Assembly (NCBI GenBank): GCA_964035545.1
Contig: OZ037770.1
Span: forward strand, 12,638,642 to 12,702,641
Source: Bugula neritina
Lineage: Eukaryota > Animalia > Bryozoa
Length of the DNA stretch: 64,000 nt
Direction of reading: 5' to 3'
A program made the position numbers and the translations under genes. The notes beneath the pieces were generated by a model. That model was not told the DNA's origin, searched no databases, and saw only the letters and a list, made by a program, of their open reading frames with translations. This document shows, piece after piece, positions 27,363 through 39,100 of this stretch. Position 1 is the first letter of the stretch. Each line of letters begins with the position of its first letter.

Positions 27363-28269
27363 AGTACTGTAACTGTGTTTGCAATAATGCATGAACTTAA
27401 CAGGACAGCTTGAAATATTTAATTATCAGTAAAGCTTGATGTTGTGGCTTATAGTGCAAAGGAATTGTAAATATTATAATCTCTCTATAGAGTCTAGTTA
27501 TTCTTGGTACATATTATGTGCATATATTACAGGATGTGTGAGTGTGCAAGTGTGTGCTTACGTATAAATATCTGCTAACTATAATTGAATGTGTGTGCAG
27601 TTTGCATGTGTAGTGTACAATGTGTGCGGTGTAGTGTGTGTGCAGTGTAGTGTGTGTGCACTGTGTAATGGGCAGTGTGCAGGACACATTATTGAAAGTG
27701 CACTGAAGCAATTACTACACTTTTCAAAGCATTTTTGCACATTTTATGACATGGTGTTTATTAAGACAATATATAACACAGTAAAAACAATGCACATGAA
27801 TTACTACAATTACTACGGTTTCATTATCATGCAAATAGATTTTTTCATTCGGCTAATGGATATAGTTACATGGAATGAAACCGCAACTAGAATTAAAGGC
27901 AAACCACAATTAACCCGTAAGGGCATTTATTTGCAGCAGTCATAGAAAGGCAGTGAATAAGAACAAAGTTTTAAGGCTTATCACATGCTTTAATTCCCCA
28001 CTCCCCCCTCCATCAGCTCATCAATTTAAGAGCACTGCAACAGCTATTTTATATATTAGTACGAAGATCTCATTGGTGAATTATTAAATTATTAAACAAT
28101 CTACTAATCTACATCAATAGTTAAAAAAGTTAAATTTATATATCAGGGTCAAAAAGTGAAGTGCCACTATAATATAGTATTCAGTATCTAGTAACTATTG
28201 CCCAAGAACTTCAATTGGCAGCTGCTTTGAGGGAGTCAATGTTTTGAGGCTACGATTGCTACGCAGTTG

Positions 28270-29625
28270 TTATATTGTATTTGGAAGGGTTAAAGAGTCC
28301 TCCCAACTAGGCAATTCATAATACCTAAGATACCTGTTGGCATTGTCTATCATTTCAGTTGTTATGTTTATCTTTTTCTGTGCCAGCATGGTTTTCTCTA
28401 ACGGGGTGCCCTTCTGACTGTCTTCACTCAAAGCAATGTCTATCAACTCTTCTCTCTCAGACGTTAGCTCTAGTCCTGAATGGTGGAATATTGCTTCAAA
28501 AAACTTGGATTTGTTTTGTTGAAAGAGTTCGTATTTTATAGCGACTATTGGTACTCCGTTACCTACAACTTCCTTGTAGTGAAAACATGTCTCGGCGAAT
28601 TGTATGACCGCAAAAATAAACTCATCACTCAAGATCTTGTTTTCTTTTCTGAACAGCCATTGGAGATGTTTTGGGTCATTGCATCCAGCTAAAGTTAAGG
28701 CAGACAGTTGGATATTTGGTAAAATAAGGGAGAGCAAAGGGTGCCGAATGATTGATAAATTCCATTCTTCATGTGGATGAAGACCCTTTAGTACTCTATA
28801 CAATGATGTAATCTGCTCTCTAGGGTTCCGATACATAAAAATCCCAATGAAGTCCGGAAACAGCTTTGGTATTAACTGAAGGTTTAGTTCCGTAGTAAGT
28901 CCATGAGACTTGACGGCAAAAACACTCGCCTCTTTTTGATAAGGTTTTAGAAGGAGTCTGATCGTGTTTTGATAAATTTTCAGATATTCAGGAGATTTAA
29001 GCCAGGAAGGTTTATCTTCATCCAAATTTTTCTTTTTTAAGGTTTGATCTAACGAAAGAACGCAGTTTGGTTCAGATATTGACACAACATCTGGTAGAGA
29101 ATTGAAGACCTGAGACAGAGCTGTGGATCCACATCTTCCAGTATGATAAATCCATATTACTTTAGCTTTTGGGTCTCCCAACTCTTCACCAAGTTTGACC
29201 ATGGAACTTATAGGCATGATGAGAAGATATTTAGTTGCTACTGACTGTGAAGCTGCTACGAAGGTCCACTTTCTGACATCATAAATATCTTCATTCTCAT
29301 CAGAGATGCTAAAGATAGCTTCTGTATCAGTTACTGTCATTAATGTGATGTTCTTTTGCAGAGCATAAGTTGGATGAACAAACCTCACATGAGTCGACAT
29401 GAATTGGTGGCGTAAGTTAACATTAATCGCTCTACCTGATGATCTGAACCAAACTTTGAGTAGCTGAGCAGATGACTCATAATTCTTTCCATTCCGGCAG
29501 CTCTTCAAATGACTCTGAACTCCTGTCAGCCACCAGGAGATCAACTGGCAGCAACGAAACAGAGAGTATGCCACCAGGTAGATGCAGTGACAAAAAAGCA
29601 TGACATTCATAAACCACAGAGCCAT
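28270..29625 (-). CDS. Sulfotransferase-like P-loop protein, paralog 1 (451 aa, intronless CDS)
   Basis: First ATG at 29625 (MALWF). 5'-PSB-like WIYHTGRCGSTAL, VVSISEP, 3'-PB-like FMYRNP..QITS, IKYE and DSQKG motifs; hydrophobic N-terminus. Confidence 0.85.
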   Translation of the reverse strand: MALWFMNVMLFCHCIYLVAYSLFRCCQLISWWLTGVQSHLKSCRNGKNYESSAQLLKVWFRSSGRAINVNLRHQFMSTHVRFVHPTYALQKNITLMTVTDTEAIFSISDENEDIYDVRKWTFVAASQSVATKYLLIMPISSMVKLGEELGDPKAKVIWIYHTGRCGSTALSQVFNSLPDVVSISEPNCVLSLDQTLKKKNLDEDKPSWLKSPEYLKIYQNTIRLLLKPYQKEASVFAVKSHGLTTELNLQLIPKLFPDFIGIFMYRNPREQITSLYRVLKGLHPHEEWNLSIIRHPLLSLILPNIQLSALTLAGCNDPKHLQWLFRKENKILSDEFIFAVIQFAETCFHYKEVVGNGVPIVAIKYELFQQNKSKFFEAIFHHSGLELTSEREELIDIALSEDSQKGTPLEKTMLAQKKINITTEMIDNANRYLRYYELPSWEDSLTLPNTI

Positions 29626-31254
29626 GACAGCTAGAGCACTAAATGACTTCACAGCTAGTTTAACGCCTGCTAGCTAATAACATTGTGGTTCTAGTATCTA
29701 GCACTAACTGCATAGAAAACAAGTTGACCTACATTATACGAACAAGTCACGTGTCAATGCATGCCAAAACAAGTTTGTGACAATAATGCACTGCAGTAAA
29801 AGTAATTTGGCCTGTTTTCTCATAACACAAATAGAATAGAGATTGATTATGTTTAGGTCATTGCCCATGAAATCTATAACAAAACAAGTTTAATATTATT
29901 GTAAACTGTTTACTCATTGTTTCTCCTTTAGATAGTAATGAAGCACTTTCAATTGCCTGGGTTCCTTAATTTTCATAATAAACATTGGTTTTGGAGATGG
30001 GTTGAAATTCTTGCAAGAATGCAGCTACTTTTGCTACATTTCTAGCCTCAAATTCACAGGTTTTTCTCAGTTTCTCCATTACTCCACCTATATAACCTCT
30101 TATCTCTGCACTAGCAATGTCTGCGTTTCTCATATGAATTCTACTTGGTATATACGTTAGTTTGATTTGAGACTTACTTCATGCATTCAGTAATATAATA
30201 TAGCCTACAGTTCATAGGATAGTTATGGGCAACCTTTTAGGATGCCCTTATCTATCCTGAATTTTTGGCTATGTGGAATCTCTTGTATTTACATTTTCAC
30301 CAGCATGTTTAAAAGTTTTAAATGTTTCACAATTATCGCAACCCCCAGCACAATAATTTAATACTTCACTATCACTGATTTGTTAGGGAATATAACTTCA
30401 TACACTGCATGCTACAACCAGCAATAATTGTATTATTTAAATATACGATTTGAGTGCCTCGTAATTTAGCTTAATCAGAATAACTAAGATTTTTTGTGTC
30501 AAGTTATCTACTAAAAACAGAAATTATAATAACAAGTTCTTCATTCTTAAAATAAACTTCTTGTTGACAAAAAAGCAATGCTATTAAACATGTACAAAGA
30601 TCTTCAAATAGAATAATTATCTGCATAGGTATTAATTTTATCTGTTCACAGCATGTAGAGCTGTCTGCCATGGGAGTATTCTTTGCTTGAAAACACAACT
30701 CTATAAACATAGCAGTCTTTAAAAACAAAATGTTTTCGAATTTTATTGTTAAATATTCCGAGTATATCAATAGTATAAAATGAAATCGATTGCATAATAG
30801 ACAAAATTTGCCTCTGGCTGCCTTTGCATTTCGCTGCTGTAAAAATGAAAATTGTCGTTTTTAAAGTTCACTTTTGTAAAAGTCAAACTTTTTAAACATA
30901 TTATATTATTGATAAGGGAGCAATTAATTTCATAGTTGATACATCACAAAAAAAGAATCAAGAGTGTACAACTCCAAACTTGCGAGAGTTCAAGAACCAA
31001 AGATTATTTTCTATTTGATAACTCAAATAAATGACTATATTGTCACACATTAGATAATAACTACCAACATGTTTTGGCACTTCAATTTGGCACTTCAATT
31101 TGGCAACAGTTGTGTAACCAGATACTTTGATGTAAATGTCCTTGGAATTGAGTTAGTTTGCCGTAGAACTATGCTGCTATCTAAATTAGATAAAAAAAAG
31201 TTTATTGGATGTCAGTTTTATGTTGATCAAACTGATAAACAGTTATTTTAAGTC

Positions 31255-32628
31255 ATGGCTGTGTGGATAGTGAATGTTTTGTTTTTCAAGCATTGCATTT
31301 ACCTAATGATATACTCTCTGTTTCGTTGCTGCCAGTTGATCTCCTGGTGGCTGACAGGAGTTCAGAGTCACCTGAAGAGCTGCTGGAATGGAGAGAATTT
31401 TGAGTTGTCCGCTCAGCTACTCAGAGTTTGGATTAAATCAACAGGAAAGATAATAAATGTTAACTTACGACATCACTTCCTGTCTACTCACGTGAGGTTT
31501 GTTCATCCAACTTATGCTCTACAGAAACACATCACATTAATGACAGTAACTGACAAAGAAGCTATCTTCACTATCTCTGATGAGAACGAAGATGTATTTA
31601 ATGTCAGAAAATGGCCATTTCTGTTTTTGGCTCAACTACCAACAGCCAAATATCTACTCATCATGCCTATAAGTTCCATGGTCAAACTTGGTGAAGAGTT
31701 GGGAGACCCAAAAGCTAAAGTAATATGGATTTACCACACTGCAAGATGTGGATCCACAGCTCTGTCTCAGGTCTTCAATTCTCTACCAGATGTTGTGTCA
31801 ATATCTGAACCAAACTGCCAGCTTTCTTTAGATTTAACTCTTAAAAAGAAGCGCCTTCTGCAGAATGACATGTTGACTAATTCAACTTACTATCAGAGAG
31901 TTTACCAAAACAGTGTCCGACTCTTATTAAAGCCAAGTCAAAAAGAAGCCAATGTCTTTGCTGTAAAATCACATGCATACATGTCAAAGATAGACCTTCA
32001 ACTAATACCTAAGTTGTTTCCACAATTTTCCGGAGTCTTTATGTACCGGAACATCAAAGAGCAGATTACGTCTCTGTACAGAGTCATCAAAGGTGGTGAC
32101 CTACACGCCGAAGTTTCCTTAGCAATAGCGAGACATTCACTTCTTTCATTGCTTTTACCAAACGTTCTACCGACGGCACTGTCACATGTCAGTTGCAATA
32201 ATGTTGACCATGTTTGTTGGCTGTACAGAAAAGAGAACATAACAAAGAGCGACATTTTTATCATTGCGGTCATACAACTTGCTGAAGCATGTTTTCATTA
32301 CAGAGAAGGAGTAGCTGAGGGTCTACCAGTCGTAGCAGTTAAATACGAACATCTTAAAGAAGATAAGTTAAAGTTTTTTAAAACATTGTTTAGTCATGTG
32401 GGATTAGAGCTGACCTCAGAAAGAATAAAGTTGATAGATGAAGCGTTAGCTGAGGACAGTCAGAAAGGAAGTATAATTGATCAGGATTCACTCATGGATA
32501 AACGAATAAGCATCAGCAGCAGAATGATAGCAAATGCTAACAATTATTTGACCTTTTATGAACTGCCTAACTGGGGTGATAGTTTGAACTTGCCTAGTAC
32601 GATTAGTGGGAAAATTCACACTGAATAG
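31255..32628 (+). CDS. Sulfotransferase-like P-loop protein, paralog 2 (457 aa, intronless CDS)
   Basis: ATG at 31255; WIYHTARCGSTAL, SEP, FMYRN, VKYEHL, DSQKG; head-to-head with paralog 1. Confidence 0.85.
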   Translation: MAVWIVNVLFFKHCIYLMIYSLFRCCQLISWWLTGVQSHLKSCWNGENFELSAQLLRVWIKSTGKIINVNLRHHFLSTHVRFVHPTYALQKHITLMTVTDKEAIFTISDENEDVFNVRKWPFLFLAQLPTAKYLLIMPISSMVKLGEELGDPKAKVIWIYHTARCGSTALSQVFNSLPDVVSISEPNCQLSLDLTLKKKRLLQNDMLTNSTYYQRVYQNSVRLLLKPSQKEANVFAVKSHAYMSKIDLQLIPKLFPQFSGVFMYRNIKEQITSLYRVIKGGDLHAEVSLAIARHSLLSLLLPNVLPTALSHVSCNNVDHVCWLYRKENITKSDIFIIAVIQLAEACFHYREGVAEGLPVVAVKYEHLKEDKLKFFKTLFSHVGLELTSERIKLIDEALAEDSQKGSIIDQDSLMDKRISISSRMIANANNYLTFYELPNWGDSLNLPSTISGKIHTE

Positions 32629-33599
32629 CTTTTATGAAAAATCATTTTGAATAATTCATATGTACTGAATAATTATGTTTTCTTAGAATACTCTGTTAGC
32701 CGCTTTATAAATGTATAATTCAAAAATTGTGTATAAGAAACTTTAAATACTAATTAGATCAAATGCATTTTGGTTGAAAGCATAACCGTAAAATGAGACT
32801 GCATTCACAAAGGTTCTTCAATAATCAATAAAATTATTTAGCCTTTTCAGAATAATATATCATATTGATATATTATAATAATAGCAAAATATAAACATAT
32901 AATGCTTTTTCAAAAACACATTACCATGTATATATATCAAATGTCTTGTAAGATATTTTTATACAAACATTGTCACCTGTTGAACTTTGACCGTTATTAG
33001 TTTCCTTAAATTGGTAAAGCTTAATTACGTATCACATTGCAAATTTATTTTCACATAAAATGTCTATAATTACTATATGCTATGAGCTACATAGAAAACT
33101 TTTTCATCGTCTTAAATTAAAAAAAAATCAGTTAACTTCATGTTCTGGCATATACAATATTTTAATTACACATGCACTCCTCCAGATTCTGGTAAAACCA
33201 AACCATACGTAGTATGTTCATCACATAAAGATGACAACTCTAATTTACAGAGCAGACTGTACACGAATATCTTTAATTAGCCCTTGATCTTCTGCCATGT
33301 GCACACATTTAATTTAACCACAACTATTTTACTAGCTCTCCGTGTGTAAAAGGCACTTGAGGTTATCATTGATAAAGTGATGAAAATATTATAGTTATGT
33401 AACAAACACGTGATTACACCACATATTACATCATTTAGTAGCCCATCAATCACTTGTCATACCGTGTCACTATTTGCATGTTTGATGGTGCAAAATAATC
33501 CAGGTTAGCAGTTAACTGATAAGCAAACACTGGAACACTGCAGATTCATATCACATCATAACTGTATTGCATCTCAGTAGTTCCTATAACTTGCGCACC

Positions 33600-34958
33600 A
33601 TGGCTATGTGGACTATAAACGTTTCGTTTGTGAAACACTGCATCTATCTGGTAATATACTCTCTGTTTCGTTGCTGCCAGTTGGTCTCCTGGTGGCTGAC
33701 CGGAGTTCAGAGTCATTTGAAGAGCTGCCGGAATGGAAAGAATTATGAGTCATCTGCTCAGCTACTCAAAGTTTGGAAGAATTCTGTAGGAAGAATAATG
33801 AATATTAACCTACGACATCACTTCCTGTCCACTCACATGAAGTTTGTTCATCCAATTTATGCTCTACAGAAACACATCACATTAATGACAGTAACTGATA
33901 CAGAAGCTATTTTCAGTATTAGTGACTCGGATGAAGATGTTCTTGATGTTAGAAAGTACCCTTTTTTGTGTCTAATACAGCCGATAAAAACAAGATATCT
34001 TCTCATCATGCCCATAAGTTCCATGATAAAACTTGGTGAAGAGTTGGGAGACCCAAAAGCTAAAGTGATTTGGATTTACCACACTGGAAGATGTGGATCC
34101 ACAGCTATGTCTCAGGTCTTCAATTCTCTACCAGATGTTGTGTCAATATCTGAACCGTTGTGTTTATTCTCCTTAGAAATGGCGTTTAAAGAAAAGAGTT
34201 TGGGGAAAAAGGAAGTAGCTTATTTCAACTCAAAGAATTATCAAACAATATATAAAAACGCTGTCAGATTGATATTAAAACCGTATAAGAAAGAAGCCAA
34301 TATCTTTGCCGTTAAGTCCCAAGCATATATGTCAAAAATTGACCTTCAGCTGATACCAAAACTGTTTCCAGAGTTCTGTGAAATTTTCATGTACCGCGGC
34401 ATAAAAGAGCAAATTATCTCTATGTATAAACCAACCAGAGGTAGTCATCTACAAGGTGAAATCTCTTTAGCAGTTGCCAACAACCGTCTACTCTCCCGTC
34501 TTCTACCACCAGTCTATCCATCTACCGTACTTTTCGTCAGCTGTAGCAATCAACAGCATTTCAAATGGGTGTTCAAAAAAGAAAACTTGCTCAAGAGTGA
34601 TGATTTCATCGTTGCTGTCATTCAGTTCGCCGAGGCGTGTTTTCATTACAAAGAAATGGTAGCTAAAGGTTCATCAGTAGTGGCAGTTAAGTACGAACAT
34701 CTCCGAGATGACAATGCCAAATTCTTTGAAGTTTTATTCAATCACGTAGGAATGGAGCTGACAGCAGAGAGAAAAAGGTTGATAGACAAGGCTTTAAGCG
34801 AAGACAGTCAAAAAGGTACAATCCTTGACAGAAAACGAATAGAAAATAGAAAGATAGAGATTACGTCTGCAATGATAGATAGTGCGAATGATTATCTGAA
34901 TTACTACGGCTTGCCGAATTGGGGTGAACATTTGACCCTCCCTAACACTATCAGTTAA
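33600..34958 (+). CDS. Sulfotransferase-like P-loop protein, paralog 3 (452 aa, intronless CDS)
   Basis: ATG at 33600 (ACCATGG context); same motifs; near-identical to paralog 4. Confidence 0.85.
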   Translation: MAMWTINVSFVKHCIYLVIYSLFRCCQLVSWWLTGVQSHLKSCRNGKNYESSAQLLKVWKNSVGRIMNINLRHHFLSTHMKFVHPIYALQKHITLMTVTDTEAIFSISDSDEDVLDVRKYPFLCLIQPIKTRYLLIMPISSMIKLGEELGDPKAKVIWIYHTGRCGSTAMSQVFNSLPDVVSISEPLCLFSLEMAFKEKSLGKKEVAYFNSKNYQTIYKNAVRLILKPYKKEANIFAVKSQAYMSKIDLQLIPKLFPEFCEIFMYRGIKEQIISMYKPTRGSHLQGEISLAVANNRLLSRLLPPVYPSTVLFVSCSNQQHFKWVFKKENLLKSDDFIVAVIQFAEACFHYKEMVAKGSSVVAVKYEHLRDDNAKFFEVLFNHVGMELTAERKRLIDKALSEDSQKGTILDRKRIENRKIEITSAMIDSANDYLNYYGLPNWGEHLTLPNTIS

Positions 34959-35832
34959 AAATGACCTTGAATAATCATGCCAATTTCTTATGTAATAGGA
35001 CCATATTATAGTCATCTTTTCAAAGACCAAATTAATGTGTGCCATACTTGATATAAAAAGATTTTTACGATGATTTAATATGCAAATAGGCTATGATAAA
35101 TACAGGCTGTAGTCTGATAAAACAGATAAAATAAATTTTCTATTATATTCATAGTATATCTGTCTAGAATAATTTAGTGTTCAGATTTTTCAAGTAGAAA
35201 CATAAATTTCTATAATGCACTCTATAAACTAAACTGAAAATCTGCTATGCAAGGATTAAGGCTTCTAATTATTGTAACTATAATATTTGATTCAAAATTT
35301 TTTTTGATTTTTTTTAACATAATGCTCAATAAGTATTTTAAATATTTTAAATAATACTATGTAACACTGCAATGATTAACATGTAGTAAATATTAAATAT
35401 AAAATTGAAGTCTTTAGAACCAGAAATCTGCTAATAAGTCACATTTTAATGTTTTTAAAGGAGAATTTACTGCAACGACAATTTAGCATATGTAACAACA
35501 TGATGCAAACTCTCATATAGCTTTCAATGCATATCTATTGTTTTAATTGATATATAATTAGTTGTATCTATTTTTCAAATCATAAAGTAAAGCAGCAGAC
35601 AACATATTTTGATTGGCTGGCAATCACAGCACAACTTTTATTGGACATAGTTATTACTTGCTTGTGGCACTTTCGACCTTGAAACTGAAGTAGTATAACT
35701 GTATTGCTTTCATCAGATAAAACAAGCTGCAGCTTATCATGTTAATATCAAATATCACTTATAATTATAGGATGACATGTTTAAGTTTGTTGCATAACAG
35801 TATTAGGTTAACTTTTGTTTTGCACAGTTATA

Positions 35833-36048
35833 AAAACTCACAGCAAGTTTATAGTAGTTTTCATTGTAAGAAACCCCAGATAGAAAGAGTTTGTGTTAAA
35901 GCGGTCTAAGGACTTATTTTAGATGAGGCACAGGAGCAATTATGGCTGGGTGCTCTTCCTAACATCACCAATGGCCTTTGTGTGGGCTCGAACCCATTAC
36001 TTCATACTTACTAGGCAAACACTCTAACCCCTAGACCACAGCTGCTCC
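35833..36048 (-). mobile_element. tRNA-derived SINE with ~19-20-bp target-site duplication
   Basis: On the minus strand: TGTGGTCTAGGGGTTAG (A box) and GGTTCGAGCCC (B box). Flanked by the direct repeat TTTGTTTTGCACAG(T/C)TATA at ~35814-35832 and ~36050-36068. Confidence 0.8.
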
Positions 36049-36157
36049 TTTGTTTTGCACAGCTATAGACTGAGTTCTATTGGGGAATGATCACTGATGA
36101 AAAACATCTGTGTAGTTGTATTATATGATGAGGAATGAGTTAGGTGAAATTGTTTAT

Positions 36158-39100
36158 TAGTGGGGGTGCCAACATGCAAAAATGGGCGGGTGGAGCACAT
36201 CAATACTAACCTTTGTTGCTATATATCACTGCAAAGCCAACATTCTACTGATCTCAGATCTGCAAGTACCTTCTTTGTATCTGGGGGGGTTCTCTCGTGA
36301 GAGGGGTGGATATACAGGGGTTCAGCATTTTTCAAGGGGGGACTATGGAACTCTAAATATTTAATTCTCTGAGTAGTTTAAGTTTGACATTAAAAATATT
36401 TTTAAGGAATGTTGTACACATATGAAACTTTCTTTAACAAAAGTTTGGGCCAAAAATAAAAAAGTGGGCGGAGCCTATAATATGACAAACTACTTTTTTG
36501 CATATACCGGATATTCTCTAAACTGCTACTTTTCTGTTCTAGCATTTAGAATGTTGATTTTTGGTATGAAAATACTCTATTGTGTTCTAATAATGCTCTC
36601 CGATTTTCATTACGTTCTGAACTATATAACATCTTTCCCAACCATGACAAATAAAAAACATAAAACGGGAGTTATCTCCTCCGTTAAAAATTATTGCATT
36701 TCTACCCAATAATATTGCTCTTTGTTGATAGGAACAACATCAGCATGATAAAAATGTATTCTTAGTGTATTTATATTAGCTTATTGACTTATTTTGAATC
36801 ATTGATTACGATCAATACTATTGAGTAATAATATTCAATATTTACTGTATAAATTGAGTGTCAGCAATAATTAACAGGCCACTAATATTCGATTTTTTTA
36901 TCCATAAGTATAGTAACATAAAATATGGTTCATAAAAAAGTAATATTATGATTTCAGCATCACAAGCAATTACTATGCTCTTTTATATCAGATATTGGTA
37001 GACATTTGTAATTGTATTTATTTATAAATAAGATAGTATTTAAAATTTTAATTTACAATAGATCAAGCTTTATTACAAAGTTTTGTTATCTCTAGCGTTT
37101 ATATACCAAATTAAATATATTATAATTCTTCATCAGAACTGTGTTTGTTGCCATCATCATCATAATCAGGCTCTTTGTTTGAAAAAGAAGACTGGCCACT
37201 TTCGTTGTTGCAATCGAAACATTCACATAAACCACAGCATTTCATCACCAGGCGCTTGCATTTGCATGCCTTACTCTTACAGCCTGCTTTTTTGCATTTA
37301 CATGCTGTTAAAATCACATCTGCGTTGCTCTCAAAATCATATTTTATTGGAGTCAAGTTAGTATCCTAACCATGGTCAAAAATTGGCTGATGAAGTAAAA
37401 TAGGTGTAAAAGAAAGTTGCCAAAGTGTAACTTGATAATTGGCTTGTTTCACGTGATATTCTAGGGAATTCCTACTAGGTGGTAGCTGTGCTTCACTGGA
37501 GACATTTTTTAAAGCCAATATTTTATATCTTGCTTCAGTGATATTATCATAGGCACCATATAGGTTGGAGACAAATCATTCACACTCTAAGTATGTTTCT
37601 TCTGATACTGGAGGCCAATCATTAGAACCTAAAGACAGATTATAGCTTTCTTTTTCAAGTACCTCCAAAGCACGCTTTTTAGATATTCGGAAGATAGAAC
37701 TTACTGAGTCACAACCTGTAAGTGCATGGAGTGATAATAGATTCTTGAGAACTTTTTGTAGATTTTTTTGGCTGATTCAAAAAGAGACATATATCTTCTG
37801 TGACTCCCCATTCTAACGAAGATTACTACATCTTTATTAGCCTGCTCAGTTAAAACATTACTAAGATGATGTTAAGGGCAATAATAGCAACATCGGTATC
37901 TACTGATCTTATTACTACCAAATCGTAGTCACTTAGTGCATCAGCTGCATGAAGGATTAATTTCAAGTCTGCTTCATCATGATTGCATTTCAATTTGTTA
38001 CAATTTTAACGATAATGGTTTTGCAGAACACAGACTTCTTTGGCGCTACACACTAAAAATGTACCCGCTGGAATTTTCTCAATATGTCTACTCCATGCAC
38101 CTTCACTATGTAATCTACCAACTCATTTTTGTTGTGAATATTGCTCAGAAAAGCACTCCAGTTTTTAGGAATAGGCAGGTTGTTATGAATAATGGAAATA
38201 GAGCACATCTATTGGGCACCCCGTCTAATACGCTCTTGTGCTTTAATTGATGTTTCAGAATACACGTCAAACACTACATCAACCCTTGTATATCCTTTGC
38301 CACATTCAAGAAATATTTCCAACATCTTCAGAGCATAGCTATAAAAAGTGCCTGATGTTTTTGTCGAGTGAAGTATGCACATACCATCAATAATGATCGA
38401 TTTGTTGGTGGACAGTTGACTATCATCATTGGAGACCCTGTTTCCAAGATATTTCTGTTCCAAAATATGCATTAGTTGCAATTTGCATGTTTTTCTCATC
38501 TGTCCGTTTTCAGTAAATAGAGCAAGAGGAATGGCACCAATTTCTTTCTCTAGAACTGTATGCAAATCTTTGGCACTTTTGGCACTTATGAGAAGTTTAG
38601 CAAACGATATTTTAGGAACATTTGGTTTAATGGCTGGTTGAAGTGATTTAGCCACCAAGTCAAAGGAAGGGATTTTAAGCCGGTGAATAGCAGTGTAAAA
38701 TGGTTTTATTGTATTCAAAAGTCTACCTTGAAAAAACTTTTGAGCCATTTCTCCTCCCTGAGCCATAGCAGTCACTATTGACAAGAAGGTCTCCGCATCG
38801 GGACTTACTCCAGTAGCAATATTAATAAGTTCAGTTGAAGTATTGCTAAACAACTTAACATCAAACTGCTGCAATGTAAAAAGAATTGCTTGTGTATCAA
38901 TCTCATCCGTCATAGTTGTAATGATTGTGTTTTCCTTGTGTATTGTTGATGACTGTGAGGCCATTTGGCAAAAATCCTTTTGCAAAGAAAGCAGTTGGGC
39001 TCTGATATGACTAGTTAAGAACCATTTTGTCCGAGCTTCTTCATGGTTGCTAATGCCAATAATGCCTCCAGATGTTTTACTGTCTCGGTTCAAAGTTTGC

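Larger units (their letters stand above)
33097..36157 (+). repeat. Segmental duplication copy A (inverted relative to 52309-58955)
   Basis: The reverse complement matches 52309-55082 plus 58696-58955, including paralog 3/4, flanks and the SINE. Confidence 0.9.

Noticed and set aside
29900-30270. Coding-like stretch between paralogs 1 and 2
   Set aside because: Short, contains stops, and has no recognisable motif.
36182-36712. Small ORFs duplicated at 40830-41312
   Set aside because: Chance ORFs in the non-coding transposon arms.
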